Below the pieces are notes generated by a model. The model did no database searches, was not told the origin of the DNA, and saw only the letters and a list, made by a program, of their open reading frames with translations. From contig CP060762.1 in assembly GCA_023205875.1 (NCBI GenBank), forward strand, positions 186,001-250,000: 64,000 bases of DNA. Direction: 5' to 3'. Source of the stretch: Chloropicon primus (lineage: Eukaryota). How positions within the stretch are numbered: position 1 is the first letter of the stretch; each line of letters begins with the position of its first letter. Positions 22,139 to 33,107 of this stretch are shown piece after piece. Both the position numbers and the translations under genes were made by a program.

Positions 22139-23074
22139 TCAATACAAGTTCCTAATGGTCAGGTCCAAAAGCTTGGTGACGCCTTCATCGATGGGGTGAA
22201 CGATGAGAGGTATGACACTCAGGCCCACTAGGGTTGGCGCCCACTTCTTCGCGGGCGCGGGCAGCTTCCCGTCGAAGGAGTCCGTCAGCTTCTTCGCCAG
22301 CCAGACTATCCTGTTGATGGTGTAGCCGGGAATGATGACGCTGGCGAGACTTTGCCAGATCAAGGTGTCCACGGCAGCTTTTGCGGCCTCGACCTCCGGA
22401 CTTTTCGCCGCTTCCCCCGACGCCTGCCCCGACCCCGTGGCGGCAATCGCCTCCGCCTTGATGCCCTTGTCCGTGGCGTCCGCGATGACGTACATGATGG
22501 CGACGGCGTAGCTCGCCCTGTAAGTCGTCTTCGAAACGATGTTCTTGAACGACTCCCCGACCTCGTTGGCGTAGCCGGCGTAACGCACGAAAGTGTCCCT
22601 GTAGAGGTCAGGGGCGTGCTCCCCCTCCGCAGAGATGGACGGGGCGAACTGGCTCGACGAAGCGAAGGCCGACTTGGCCTCCTCCCCCGACCGAAGGGTC
22701 GTCGCCAACTCTGCTGCTGTCTGGCCCTCCTCGCCGCTCTGGATCGTCTCCGCCCTCTGCAGGGCGTTCGCGTTCGCCGAGCTCAGAACCTGCGTCAGCG
22801 CCAGCGTCATCGACACGGCGCCCTTCAGCACCCTCTCTCCGAGCTCGCCGCCCTTGCCCTCCCTCTCCCGCTGGCCGAACAACTCGCCCTCCTCCTGCCT
22901 CGGCCTCAGGGCCAGCAGACTCACTCCACGAGGCGGCACGGACATCCTCGACAGAACCCCGCGCCTCAGGCCCAACCCTCTCCTCGACTTCACCTTCCCG
23001 CACCTTCCGCTCATCATCCCCGTTCCGCTCGACATCCCTCTCGCCTCTCCTCCAAAAGGTACTGCAGTACCCAT
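22139..23074 (-). CDS. MTP18/MTFP1-family protein with long transit-peptide-like N-terminus
   Basis: DLYRDTFVRYAGYANEVGESF, DTLIWQSLASVIIPGYTINR, IPLIVHPID. Confidence 0.85.
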   Translation of the reverse strand: MGTAVPFGGEARGMSSGTGMMSGRCGKVKSRRGLGLRRGVLSRMSVPPRGVSLLALRPRQEEGELFGQREREGKGGELGERVLKGAVSMTLALTQVLSSANANALQRAETIQSGEEGQTAAELATTLRSGEEAKSAFASSSQFAPSISAEGEHAPDLYRDTFVRYAGYANEVGESFKNIVSKTTYRASYAVAIMYVIADATDKGIKAEAIAATGSGQASGEAAKSPEVEAAKAAVDTLIWQSLASVIIPGYTINRIVWLAKKLTDSFDGKLPAPAKKWAPTLVGLSVIPLIVHPIDEGVTKLLDLTIRNLY

Positions 23075-23718
23075 CGTTTCGATCGAACCAGACGCCAACC
23101 AATCGCAAACGACGACGTTAATCCCTCAATCCCAAGTCATTTCCCTCAAGAGATGGGTCGTTCGAAAGATGTCGACCAGAACCTTCGGCTTGCGTGGTCC
23201 CCTTCACCCCTTGACGTCCTCCGCGAACGCACTTACCTCTTGAATTGCGCTCCTCCGCCCACTCCTGCACGCCGCCAAGATGGGTTTTGTGGTAGGAAAA
23301 TGCCGAAGATCATCCAGCAGCAGAAAGAATGCTATCGCTTGGCCTGGACCTTTGCAATTGGAGGAGGCAATGGCGGCCGAAAAGGGATCATCCATCCATC
23401 CATCCATCCATCCATCCATCCCGCAAGGACGAGTTCGAGTTGTTCCTTCCTCTCTGTTCTACGGATTGGTTTGGTTTGGTTTGGTTCGGTTTGGGGGTAC
23501 TGGTCAATCATCACCTGCTCTCCCTCTCTCTTCTGTGTTGTTGTTGTGTGGCTTGGGGAAGCTGTGGTATCCTTCCAAGGATCTTGGTCTTGAGTTTTAA
23601 CGCCGTAAGGTTGCTCAGGATGAGAGGTGGGATCGGGAACACCTTCAATCGAGGAGAAGAGTCTTCTGACAACAGAAATAAAATAGTAATAATCGCATAA
23701 TGTACATCCTTCGATCGT

Positions 23719-24916
23719 TCAGTAGTGCTTCTTCTTCTTCTTCTCCTTCTTCTTCGCGAGGACGCAGAGGCGAGGGTAAGACGCTTCCTCGAGGCCTCTG
23801 GATTCCCGCGTCGTCTTTTGGTGGTGGTGATCTCCCAGCTCCGGCGGGATGGTCCACCCGCTGTCCTCCACATCCTCGGCGGTCTCGCCAAGGACTTGAA
23901 GGAACAGGGAATGACCCCCGTGCCTGTTCGGGCACATCAGCCAGCACTCCGTCCCTCGCTGCTGGTCGCGCGTGAGGAGAAAATCAAGGCACCCACTCAA
24001 GGGGCGGAACAGCTCCTTGTGGTAGATGCAGTCGGCGCAGAGGACGTGGTCGACGCCTCCTCCGAGCTCCGCAACGCTCGTCTCGTCCCACCAGGTTCTC
24101 AGGCCCGCGTCACTCCAATCCAGCTTCTCCGCCCGAACGACGGTGTCCCCAAACTTTGCAGCGTTCAGGGCAATGTTTTCTCTGGGGAGGAGGGAAAGAG
24201 TTTTGCGCGGGCAAAGCGGCGTCGCCTCGTTGTCAGTGCTTTCCGCCACCCACCAAAAGGACTCCTGATCTCCCGAGGCGGGAACTTACCTTAACCGACT
24301 CACGGCATCGGAGTTGCCGTCGGTGAGCACGACGAGCTTGGCTTTTGTGGTCGCAGCGATAGCAAGACCCGCGAGTCCCAGCCCCGAACCCACCTCCACA
24401 ACGACCTTCCCCTCAAAGGCTCCCGCCCGCTTCGAGCACACGTACCCCAAGGCCTCCTCGCTAGGCCACACCGTCACTATGCCCGTCCTGTCCGCATCGC
24501 TCTCCCTCGTGCGCAACTCTGACAGGCTCTTGACCTTGAGCTTCTGCTCCTCGCTTTGCTTCAGCGTCAGGCTGCAAGCATTCGAGACCCCGTACCGAAC
24601 CTTGACGTAGCCGTCACCGCTCTCGACTGCAAGCCGCCAGGGGAAGGACAAACCCGATCGGATACCGTCAGTCTGCCGCGATCAGAAGATCCCAATCCCG
24701 CAGTCACTTACTCTTTTCTTTGGAGAACAGTTGCAGATCAGCTAGCGTTCTGGTCGTGATGTCCGCGTACTCCCTCAAGTCGACTTCCTTCTTCAGAAGA
24801 ACGGACCTCAGGAGGTCCCAGCGCCTCCTCGATGTCGCCGACGAGGTGGACCCCTCCTTCCCTCCGCACTCCACCCCCTCCGCGCCACGCTGATGGACAA
24901 CCTCTCCACTCGCCAT
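23719..24916 (-). CDS. Calmodulin-lysine N-methyltransferase-like (METTL21 family); exons 24916-24712, 24626-24290, 24181-23719
   Basis: RRRWDLLR, DRTGIVTVWPSEEAL, VVEVGSGLGLAGL, LTDGN, LCADCIY; splice phases consistent. Confidence 0.88.
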
Positions 24917-25090
24917 CTGCAAACCGCCTCCTCCTCTGGCGACCACCAAACGAAAGGGGTTACCAAATCCTCGTCACTGAGGCGTTTCCTTTGATCAGGA
25001 CCTCATTGGAAAGACAACAGAGAGACGCTAGTGGTTCTTCATCCACATTCCTATTCCTCACAAGCCCTCCTTGACGAAACGGGCGCCACC

Positions 25091-25128
<38 letters not shown>

Positions 25129-25196
25129 GGATTTCCTCGCGCGAAACCCTAAAGGAGTTGAAAACGTTAACGCCCGGGTTCGTCGCGCAACAAGGG

Positions 25197-25380
25197 AGAG
25201 GGAAGGTGTGTTGTCGAGGACTTTGTGCACGGACGGGGACGGGGACGGCGAAGGGGAGGAGGTGTTGAAAGAACGGAAGCGCTTCTCAAGGGTTTTCGAT
25301 TGATACCTCGGCTGAAGGTTTTGGCAAGAAGGAGAGTGGTCCTTCTTTTGAGACGACAGGCGTTAGAGGAGGCGATCAGA
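25197..25380. repeat. Dispersed repeat copy of the 15437-15785 block
   Basis: GGAAGGTGT..TGTCGAGGACTTTGTGCACGGACGGGGACGG...GAAAGAACGGAAGCGCTTCTCAAGGG.TTTCGATTGATACCTCGGCTGAAGGTTTT. Confidence 0.85.
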
Positions 25381-25473
25381 GGGAACAAGGTGTATTGAGG
25401 CTGCAGGGAAGGCACCAGCACAAAACAGAGACGGTGAGCGTGGGGTGCAGCCAGACTTGAATGACTTGTACCA

Positions 25474-26627
25474 TTACAATTTTGCGAAGGCAGATTTCCT
25501 GACCAGCTTCTTAGGGTTCTTGCAAGAAGGCAAGGCCTTGCACTTGTCTACGCACGCGTCGTCGCCCTTCACACAACCCAGCATACATTTGCTGCACTGC
25601 GTAAAGTGTCCCACCGGACACACCTGGCTCGAGACCCTCTCGATGTCAGAGACGATTCCCGTGCTCCTTCTGTTTGCCCCGGCGCACTTGATGAACCCCG
25701 GGCCGCAAGTGTTCTCGTCACACTTGAGACACTCCTGCGAAAGGGCGACGTGGGAGGCAGGCAAAGAGAACGTGGTGGGTCAGGGGCGAACACTTTCCCC
25801 TTCCTATCTCAAGGCGTAAGGGTAAAGCAGGTTCAACTCACCTCGAACTTTCCATTGTTATTCGGATCAAAGAACTTTCGTATGCACTGAAGCTTGCAGT
25901 GAACTGCATCGCACTGGATGTCGTCGGTCCAGCAGTCCATGCAGCTGGGCCCAGGGCCAGCCAGAGGGTTGGGATTGAAGCTATTCGTGTCGTTCAAGGT
26001 TATGTTCTCCTCGTAAAGGCACTTCCTGAGAGCTTCGAGGTCGTGGGTCCCTCCCAACACGGCGGGCATTGAGAACTTGATGGAGCACTTGGTCATCTTT
26101 GACGTGATAAAGGTTTTTGTATTGTAGAGGACCATCATGTCGTCCGGGCTTGAGCACGCTCCGCAGGCACCACAGTGCAAGATGTGCAGACCCGAATCGC
26201 TCTCCTCGGCAGCTTGTCTCGTGGTGGTTCTCCACTCCCCGCTGCTCAAGACCATTGCGCACACGTTCGATGTTGAGAAGTTTCCGCACCAAAAGTTCTC
26301 ATCAAAATACTTCTTCATCCCCCTTTCCACCAGGAAGCCAATAGCCTGTCCACCCCTCGTGCACTTGCAGTGCTCCCCGAACCACTCGTCCTCGTTCCCG
26401 TCCCGGTCAACCCTTGTTCCCACGATGCTCTCGTCGTAAAAGCCGTAAGTCCAGCGGCAGTCCCTGTCACACTGCTGGAAGTCTTTCACCACCTCCTTCC
26501 CCTCTCCAGTTGTGGTCTCGAGTGGACTGTTTCGAACACCACTGACCTCCCAGAAGCAAAGGGAGGACACCAGAGCCATCGTGATCCACGTGACCGCCCG
26601 TCTTTGAGTCCGCATTGCCACCCTCAT
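25474..26627 (-). CDS. Secreted cysteine-rich protein of unknown function; exons 26627-25842 and 25734-25474
   Basis: Hydrophobic signal; HCGACGACS, CMDCWTDDIQC, CLKCDENTCGPGFIKCAGANRRSTGIVSDIER. Confidence 0.8.
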
Positions 26628-27083
26628 CGCATACTCCTTCGCCTTGCACGCCCTCTCTCCTCCGCACCCACAAGCACCTAGCACTACACCAGCGAGAGGA
26701 GCTCGTCGCCAGTCTATCAAATCCTCCGCTGGGGGTCTTACGTTTCGAGCAAGGGTGAAATGAAAAGCTGGAAAGGCAATGATTCCACCTAGTGCTCGTC
26801 TGGGTACCTCACCACCCGCCCTCGGCGACCATCACCGGCACTAACTCACCTCTCTGTCTCTGTACCCTCTTAGAGGGCTCTGATCCCAAGGACAACTTTC
26901 CATTTGATGGTGATGGGAAGGTGTCACATCCAGGGGACAATCCAAGGCAGTTGGGCAGTTGAGGGTTGGCCTCCTCGTCAAGGTCTAGGGGTCGTGGTAG
27001 ACGCTAACATCCAGTGAAGAGGAACATCCAGTGAAGAGGAAAACCTCTCCTCTCCTCTCCTCCTTTCCTTTATTCTCGTGGAG

Positions 27084-28361
27084 ATGGCGGTGTCCAGTGG
27101 ACCAAGGGGAAGGGGAAGGGGAAGGGGAGATGGGAACAAGGGTTGGTCTAACATCGCAAACGCCAGAATTTTTGTCGTGGCTTTGAGTCTTGTCGTTCTG
27201 CTTACGGCTAGAAGGATCGTCATTAATGGGATAAGACCAGCCGAAGCTCCAGTTCCAGTTCCACCGCCACCGCCACCTCAGAGGTGTGACTGGACGCTAG
27301 ATGAGCAGCACTACAGCAGCTACTACGAGGACCAATGTTGGAAAAACTTTTCTGTGCCGAACTGGAGGGACGTTGAAGGTGCAAGTCGAGCTATTTATGA
27401 TGACGGAGCTTTGTATATGAAAAGCGTGATCGACTTCGAAGAAGCAAAGAGGTTCAGCACATACTTGGCTTCTGTGGTGTCCCCCAGAACGCTGGATGGG
27501 GAGGAATACTTTGTAGGAAACTTGAGAGACCCGGACGGGAGGTACGACATCACGTTGGACCCAAGGGAGCATGCTCCTGTAATGGATATGCTGAACAAGG
27601 TTGTTGGAAGACTGAAGCCTACCTTGGAGAGAATAGTGGGTCCAAAAGGACAACTCGCGGACTTTTCCTTGTACGTGACTTGCAACTCCTCAGCGCAAGC
27701 GGTTCACGTGGACGCTTGCGCCCTTTGCTGCCCCATCAAGGACAAGTACGAGTCCAGAATGGAAGATGTTGAGATGGTTTACAGCGACGAAATGATGGCT
27801 GTCCTGAAACCAAAATACTTTGAGAACGAGAAGCAAGGTGCGTTTTACTCCATGTTTATCGCGTTGCAGCCGACGACCAAGGAGAAGAACGGCGTGACGT
27901 TCACTTATCCACGTACTCACAGGGCCTTCGCATGGGCGGACATTCCGGGTAAGAAAGGAGGAGGAGAAGTACCTGTTGACTACCTTGGAGACTTTCTCGC
28001 ACAGAACTATCAGAGGTGTGAGCCACCACTGAACACGGGCGACGGATTCATATACAACTCAAAAACATTCCATGCCGCCAACGCGAACCCATCGATCTCC
28101 GCAAGGATGATGCTCTTGATAGCCTTTCAGTCGGGACCAGACAGGAGGGGTATGCCTCTGGGCTCGACCTATTCGATAAAGAAGGACTTCGTCAAGCCGG
28201 GGGCAATCTTTTCCACGCAAATAAAAAAAGAACCAGACGCCTACGCGCGCGATTGCATGAGGATGAAAGGGCTCAGGCCGCCAGCCGTTGTTTTTGGCAA
28301 AATCACTGTGGACAAGTTCCCATTGACTGTAGACTCCCTCAACGAAATCGTTGCGTCCTAA
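27084..28361 (+). CDS. Type II membrane 2OG-Fe(II) dioxygenase (PhyH-like)
   Basis: N-terminal TM, Pro-rich stem, QAVHVD...FIALQ...G.T..YPRTH...GDGFIYNSKTFHAANAN...R. Confidence 0.72.
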   Translation: MAVSSGPRGRGRGRGDGNKGWSNIANARIFVVALSLVVLLTARRIVINGIRPAEAPVPVPPPPPPQRCDWTLDEQHYSSYYEDQCWKNFSVPNWRDVEGASRAIYDDGALYMKSVIDFEEAKRFSTYLASVVSPRTLDGEEYFVGNLRDPDGRYDITLDPREHAPVMDMLNKVVGRLKPTLERIVGPKGQLADFSLYVTCNSSAQAVHVDACALCCPIKDKYESRMEDVEMVYSDEMMAVLKPKYFENEKQGAFYSMFIALQPTTKEKNGVTFTYPRTHRAFAWADIPGKKGGGEVPVDYLGDFLAQNYQRCEPPLNTGDGFIYNSKTFHAANANPSISARMMLLIAFQSGPDRRGMPLGSTYSIKKDFVKPGAIFSTQIKKEPDAYARDCMRMKGLRPPAVVFGKITVDKFPLTVDSLNEIVAS

Positions 28362-28848
28362 GGTCAAGGGGCGAGACTCCTCCTGTCCCGTCGATTATCA
28401 TAACAATGCACATAGATATAATATAGATATAATATATATATAATAAGACCTTTTGCAGGAGTACATCCTTTGCTTTGCATCGCGATGCTTCACACCTCGG
28501 TTCCTGCCAAAGCAGGTGAGGCTGAGAGAAACAGAGAGAGGCAAAGAGAGAGAGAGGATGCCAAGGTTGAAGCACGACTCGGGTGAAGGCCTCTTCACTT
28601 CAATCACCATCCCCACCACCATCCAGGATCTCTTCATCATGATCTCTTGATTTCCAAGGAGAGCATCCAGGAGGAGGGCAGGGCAGGGCGAGGAGAACAG
28701 GTTGTTTTGCTGCTGTTGCTGTTGTTGGTCGGTGGTCTTCGGAGCGAGAGCGATTGGAGGGGAGGAGAAGGGAGGGTTAAGTTGCAGCCTGATTCAAGGC
28801 ACACCCGCCTCAAGGGCTTTCGTTTGATACCGCAACTGTTCGGTCGGC

Positions 28849-29617
28849 ATGAGCAGCGAAGAAGGGGAAGGTGTTGGTGTTGATGTGGAAGAGACTTCTG
28901 CTCCTGGTGTGGTGGAGGAGGGGGAGGGAGCGGCGGGGGCTCAAGGGGGGCCCGTGATCGACAAGCTGGAGAACTTGGTCCTCGAGGAGGGACGGGAGGA
29001 GGGCGCGAGAGGGGATGACGAGGAGGAGGAGGGGACCTCCGACAGACAGGACACTGAAGCGAGCAGCCAGAGTGCGCACGGCTTCCACTTGGACAGTCCA
29101 GCGTCGGTAACAGGCGGGCAGGGAGGGGGGGATCGACGAGCAATCGAGGTGAATGATGGCTTGAGCCTCGCGGGCGTGGTTCGGCAAGTCGCCACATTGG
29201 TTCCCGGGGAGGCCACGCAAAGCATCTTGAGGCTCCAACAGAATATGTAAGCCACCCACACTGACTCGGGGATGTGCTCCCGATGCTTCGGTCGATTTTG
29301 AACTTGGAAACTAACAGGCGCCCGCCATCTGCTCCCTTTTTCTTCTTCTTCTTTATTCGTGGTCATCATCGTCGGATAGTTTGAACAACTTGAAGTCCAC
29401 GAACAAAGCTGTGACCGACTTCAACATCTTTTCCGAGGAGAAGTACTCGAGCATCTCGCCAGACCTCACGAAGCTTGCGAAGAACCTGAAGAGTATCAAA
29501 ACCGATTTAGATTACATATACAAGAAGACGCATTCGATCAAAGTCAAGCTGAAAGGGAAGTACCCCGAAGCCTTCGTCCCGCGGGCAGACCCCGAGCAAC
29601 AGGAAGTAAATGAATGA
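28849..29617 (+). CDS. KxDL-motif protein (KXD1/BORC subunit-like); exons 28849-29246 and 29380-29617
   Basis: ILRLQQNILNNL..TN..V.DFN.FSE...LKSIKTDLDYIYKK...KYPEAF. Confidence 0.85.
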
Positions 29618-29694
29618 ATGAAATTCCTTGGCTGATTCTGATTTTGTGTGCAACCTGAACCAAAAAACGATGGGGCTCCCTTCTTTGTCCTCTC

Positions 29695-31872
29695 TCAGAC
29701 AAACTTGAGCCTCTTGGCCACGCTCGCGTTGGCTCCCAGCTTCCTCTTCTTCCTATCCAGTCCCGTGCTCACCCACTTTATGAAGTGGATCGAAAGGAAG
29801 AGCCACTCCCTGAGCCCGTCTTCGTACTGGATGAGGTGCTTGCCAGAGAGTCTATCGAATGCCACGACATTGCCCCACTGGAAGGTGCCTATCTCCGGTC
29901 TGTACACCCCGACTCCCTTGCTAACCACTGTCACGCCAACCTCGTGACCCCTGGCCCTGAGCCAGTCGCCTACCGCTGGTCCTGGAACGTCGCCATCCTT
30001 CATCTTGACTTGGATCAGGCTCATCCAACTGCCCCACCAGCAGCTCTGGCCCCCGGCCTTCTGCACAAAGTCCGCGGGCCTGATCTCCTTGCCCTCGTAC
30101 AGGATCATGTCCTCCCTCTGGCTGCAGCCGCTCACGAGGAAGCCTTCCAAGTCCCCCATGATGACCGGCAGGATCTCGGGGTTCTGGCCAGCGGCCTCAA
30201 GCAGGCCCTTGGCCTTCGCGAAGCCCAGTGGGGCCCACTTCAGAAGCTCCTTCCCCTTCTTCTTGCTTCCCGCCGGCTTTGCCAACCCATTGAATTCTCC
30301 CCTCTTCAGCGGGGACACCACGGTGGCGGGCTGCAGGCTCGCAGCGAAGTTCAGAGCCGACTGCAGGATCGTGTGGAACCAATCCTGGACGGTGGCAAGC
30401 TGGAACTGCAAGGCCTTCCTCGAGTAAGGCAAGTAAGATCGGATCCCAAAGCTCCCTTCCCCCTTTGAGTGCATGTTCGCCGACACCCTCGGCGAGCGCA
30501 CCGGAGTCCTCTTCCTGATCTTCTTCACCACCCGGATACCAAAGTCCACGCTGCTTCCTGGGAGCCACCTCACCCACTCCATGGAAAGGTGAAGCCACTC
30601 CTCCTCGAACCCGTCCAGGTACCTCACTAGGTGCTGGCCGTTGGTCCTGTCGAAGTCCTCGATGATCCCGCTCTTGAACAAGTTCAGCTTCTTGCTGTAT
30701 ACCGAAACTATTTTACCTAGAACGGTGCTCCCAAGCACCTTGCCCCGCACCCTCAGCCACTCTCCCACAGACTGTGCTGACTCCTCGGCCCTCCCTCCGT
30801 CCAGCTCGCCCTTCACTCTCAGGGCCGCCTTCCAGTTGTTGTGGAAGATTCCGGTGCCCATCCTGACGAACTCGGAAGGGTGCATCAGCCTCCCGTGGTA
30901 CGAGACGTACTCCTGGGAGTGGCGCAGCGTGCAGCCAAGGAGCTTGCCCGTCAAAGGCCCCGAGACGACTTGCACGGACCGAGGCCTGTCCTCCTTGAAG
31001 TGCCGAAGAGCCTTTGGGGTCTGAAGCTCGGCGTTGGGGTTCGGCTGCCAGAAGGAGCGCACCCCCTCGAAGTGCTTCGCCAGGTGCTTGGACTTGTTGT
31101 GCTTGGACGAGGAGGCCCCCCCGCCCCGCCCTCCGCCGCAAAAGAGGTCGTAGGGGTTGCTCTCGTCCAAGGCTGGGGGAGGCTGCAAGCACCGGAGGAT
31201 CGGCTTCCTCGCCGCGTCTCTCTTCCTAACCCAGTACTTGTACACCTGGGAGAGGTCCTGGTACACAAGGTGCGAAAAGCCGTTGGCCGCCAAGATGGCT
31301 ATGGCGGACTCCTGGGGGAGGGACTCGGCGACGGACCTGCAGGTCCGCTTCCTCCCTCCGCTGCTCCCGGCGTCCTCCTGGGACGCCTGGGCCGTCGACG
31401 CCGTCGCGTGGAGGGCGAACTCCAGCCGTATCAGCATGTTCTCCAAGTCCTCCTCGAGGATCTTGCTCCCCTTCTCCCTCTCGCTGAGCCAAACCTCGTC
31501 CTCCTCGTCCAGGTCGTACTCCAGCCCCGTCTCCGGGTTCCTCTGCCTCTCGTGAGACGCCTTGATGTACCCGTCCGGCACCACGAACGTCTTCCTCTCG
31601 AAGAACTCGTTCTCGTACCACTTGGTCACCACCTTGCAGCTCGGCGTCTCGATGTCCAGCGAGCGCAAGTTCTCCAACGTGGAGGAGGGGGACGGCGACG
31701 ACGGCGACGACGAGGCACCACACAGGGACCTGGACTCCAAGCTTGGTATGGGGTTCGTCAAGTACGTCCTCGCCCTCACGTCGTCCAGCTCGCTCAAGTC
31801 CCTCACGATGTCCAGCCTCTTGTGCTCGTCGATCTTCCTGTCCCTGAACACCCTCCCTGTCGAACCCTTCAT
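29695..31872 (-). CDS. Enhancer-of-polycomb-like (EPL1) protein with two SAND-like+Tudor-like modules
   Basis: FRDRKIDEHKRL, EYDLDEEDEVWL, VYKYWVRKR...PIL; HPSEF...NWKAALRV; G.I..FD...G.HL..Y.DG..EWL twice. Confidence 0.8.
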   Translation of the reverse strand: MKGSTGRVFRDRKIDEHKRLDIVRDLSELDDVRARTYLTNPIPSLESRSLCGASSSPSSPSPSSTLENLRSLDIETPSCKVVTKWYENEFFERKTFVVPDGYIKASHERQRNPETGLEYDLDEEDEVWLSEREKGSKILEEDLENMLIRLEFALHATASTAQASQEDAGSSGGRKRTCRSVAESLPQESAIAILAANGFSHLVYQDLSQVYKYWVRKRDAARKPILRCLQPPPALDESNPYDLFCGGGRGGGASSSKHNKSKHLAKHFEGVRSFWQPNPNAELQTPKALRHFKEDRPRSVQVVSGPLTGKLLGCTLRHSQEYVSYHGRLMHPSEFVRMGTGIFHNNWKAALRVKGELDGGRAEESAQSVGEWLRVRGKVLGSTVLGKIVSVYSKKLNLFKSGIIEDFDRTNGQHLVRYLDGFEEEWLHLSMEWVRWLPGSSVDFGIRVVKKIRKRTPVRSPRVSANMHSKGEGSFGIRSYLPYSRKALQFQLATVQDWFHTILQSALNFAASLQPATVVSPLKRGEFNGLAKPAGSKKKGKELLKWAPLGFAKAKGLLEAAGQNPEILPVIMGDLEGFLVSGCSQREDMILYEGKEIRPADFVQKAGGQSCWWGSWMSLIQVKMKDGDVPGPAVGDWLRARGHEVGVTVVSKGVGVYRPEIGTFQWGNVVAFDRLSGKHLIQYEDGLREWLFLSIHFIKWVSTGLDRKKRKLGANASVAKRLKFV

Positions 31873-33107
31873 ATTGATACTATTGATATAGTAGTGAGAC
31901 CAATATCAATATCAATATCAATCAAACAATCGATCGATCGATCGAACGAACGATCCAAAAAAAAAATATCCCAAAGGGATGGCGAATCGAATCGAATCTA
32001 ATGAAGCAACCAAGCAACGAACGAACGAACGAACGAGAGAGAGAGAGAGAGAGCAAACTCAAAAACGAATGGTTTTGTTTGGTTTGGTTTGTCTCCTCCC
32101 TCCCCGTTCGAACGGCAAGCCTGGGCCAAAAAAAAAAAGGCGAGAGGAGGGGAGAGTCTCCGCCTGCCTCGCCTGTCCGTCCCCGTCTCGCCCTGCGGAC
32201 AAAGACGACGACCTCGTTGTCCTGTCGTGTCACTAAGACCTCCCCTAGGGTCCACCTCCCAGCATGAACCCCTCCCACCTCACCGCGAGGAGGTCGCCTT
32301 TCGCTTCGGGTCCCCACGCGGGCCAAAATGCGCGAATGAGGGGTCTTTCGAAAGATCACGAGACGAAGAATCGAATGGTCGCGACCTCCTCGTCTCTCGC
32401 GGACTCGCTCGCGCTGCGATCGCTCCCCAAAGGCGCTCTCTCCCCAAAGGCGCGCTCCTCTCGACTCGATGGCGCGCGAAAGGTGTCGTCGCCGTAATTT
32501 AACGTGTGTTTTCTATTCCAAAAATATCTCCATTAGCACGGTGTTTTCTATTCTATTCTCTCATGGAAATATCATACAACATTTCCAAAAGTACATTCTA
32601 ATTTCAAATTTCAAGTGGCGTGTGCAATGGCGTAAAGGGTCTGTTTCTGACCCAGAAAGACCTTGGATGGAGGGGACGGCGACCAGCGTTGGACCAGGGC
32701 ACGAGTTTTGGATCAGCTCAAACGGAAGCTAAGCTTCACCTCGGTGGTTGTATCTCTCAACTTTCTCTCAAAGGTTGAAAGAAAACTCGCCTTTGGGCTG
32801 CGGGTGTCCTCCGCCTTGGCGTGTTAAACGGAATTGGGTTTGGTGCTGGTGCCTTGGCCATTGCAAAGCCAGGGGTACTCGTTGGTCACTGCGTTGTTTG
32901 GAGCGGGGAATCTGCGTTGGGATCGAGCGGAATCGCGTCCGGTGCTTTCTTCTCCTTCCCGAGAAGCGAGTTCTTCTCCTCTCCGGAAGAAGAGAAGTCC
33001 AGTGCCTTGAGGAGTGGGGGACGAGGCCAAAGATTGCTGTCGCCCGTCCACTGATTTGGTTGGTTGGTTGGTTGGTTGGCATTGCTTGATTGATCATCCC
33101 TCGCGCG

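Noticed and set aside
26891..27040. Hairpin at 26891-26926 and a 17-nt tandem duplication AACATCCAGTGAAGAGG
   Set aside because: Isolated features with no further structure or family motif; compatible with chance or slippage
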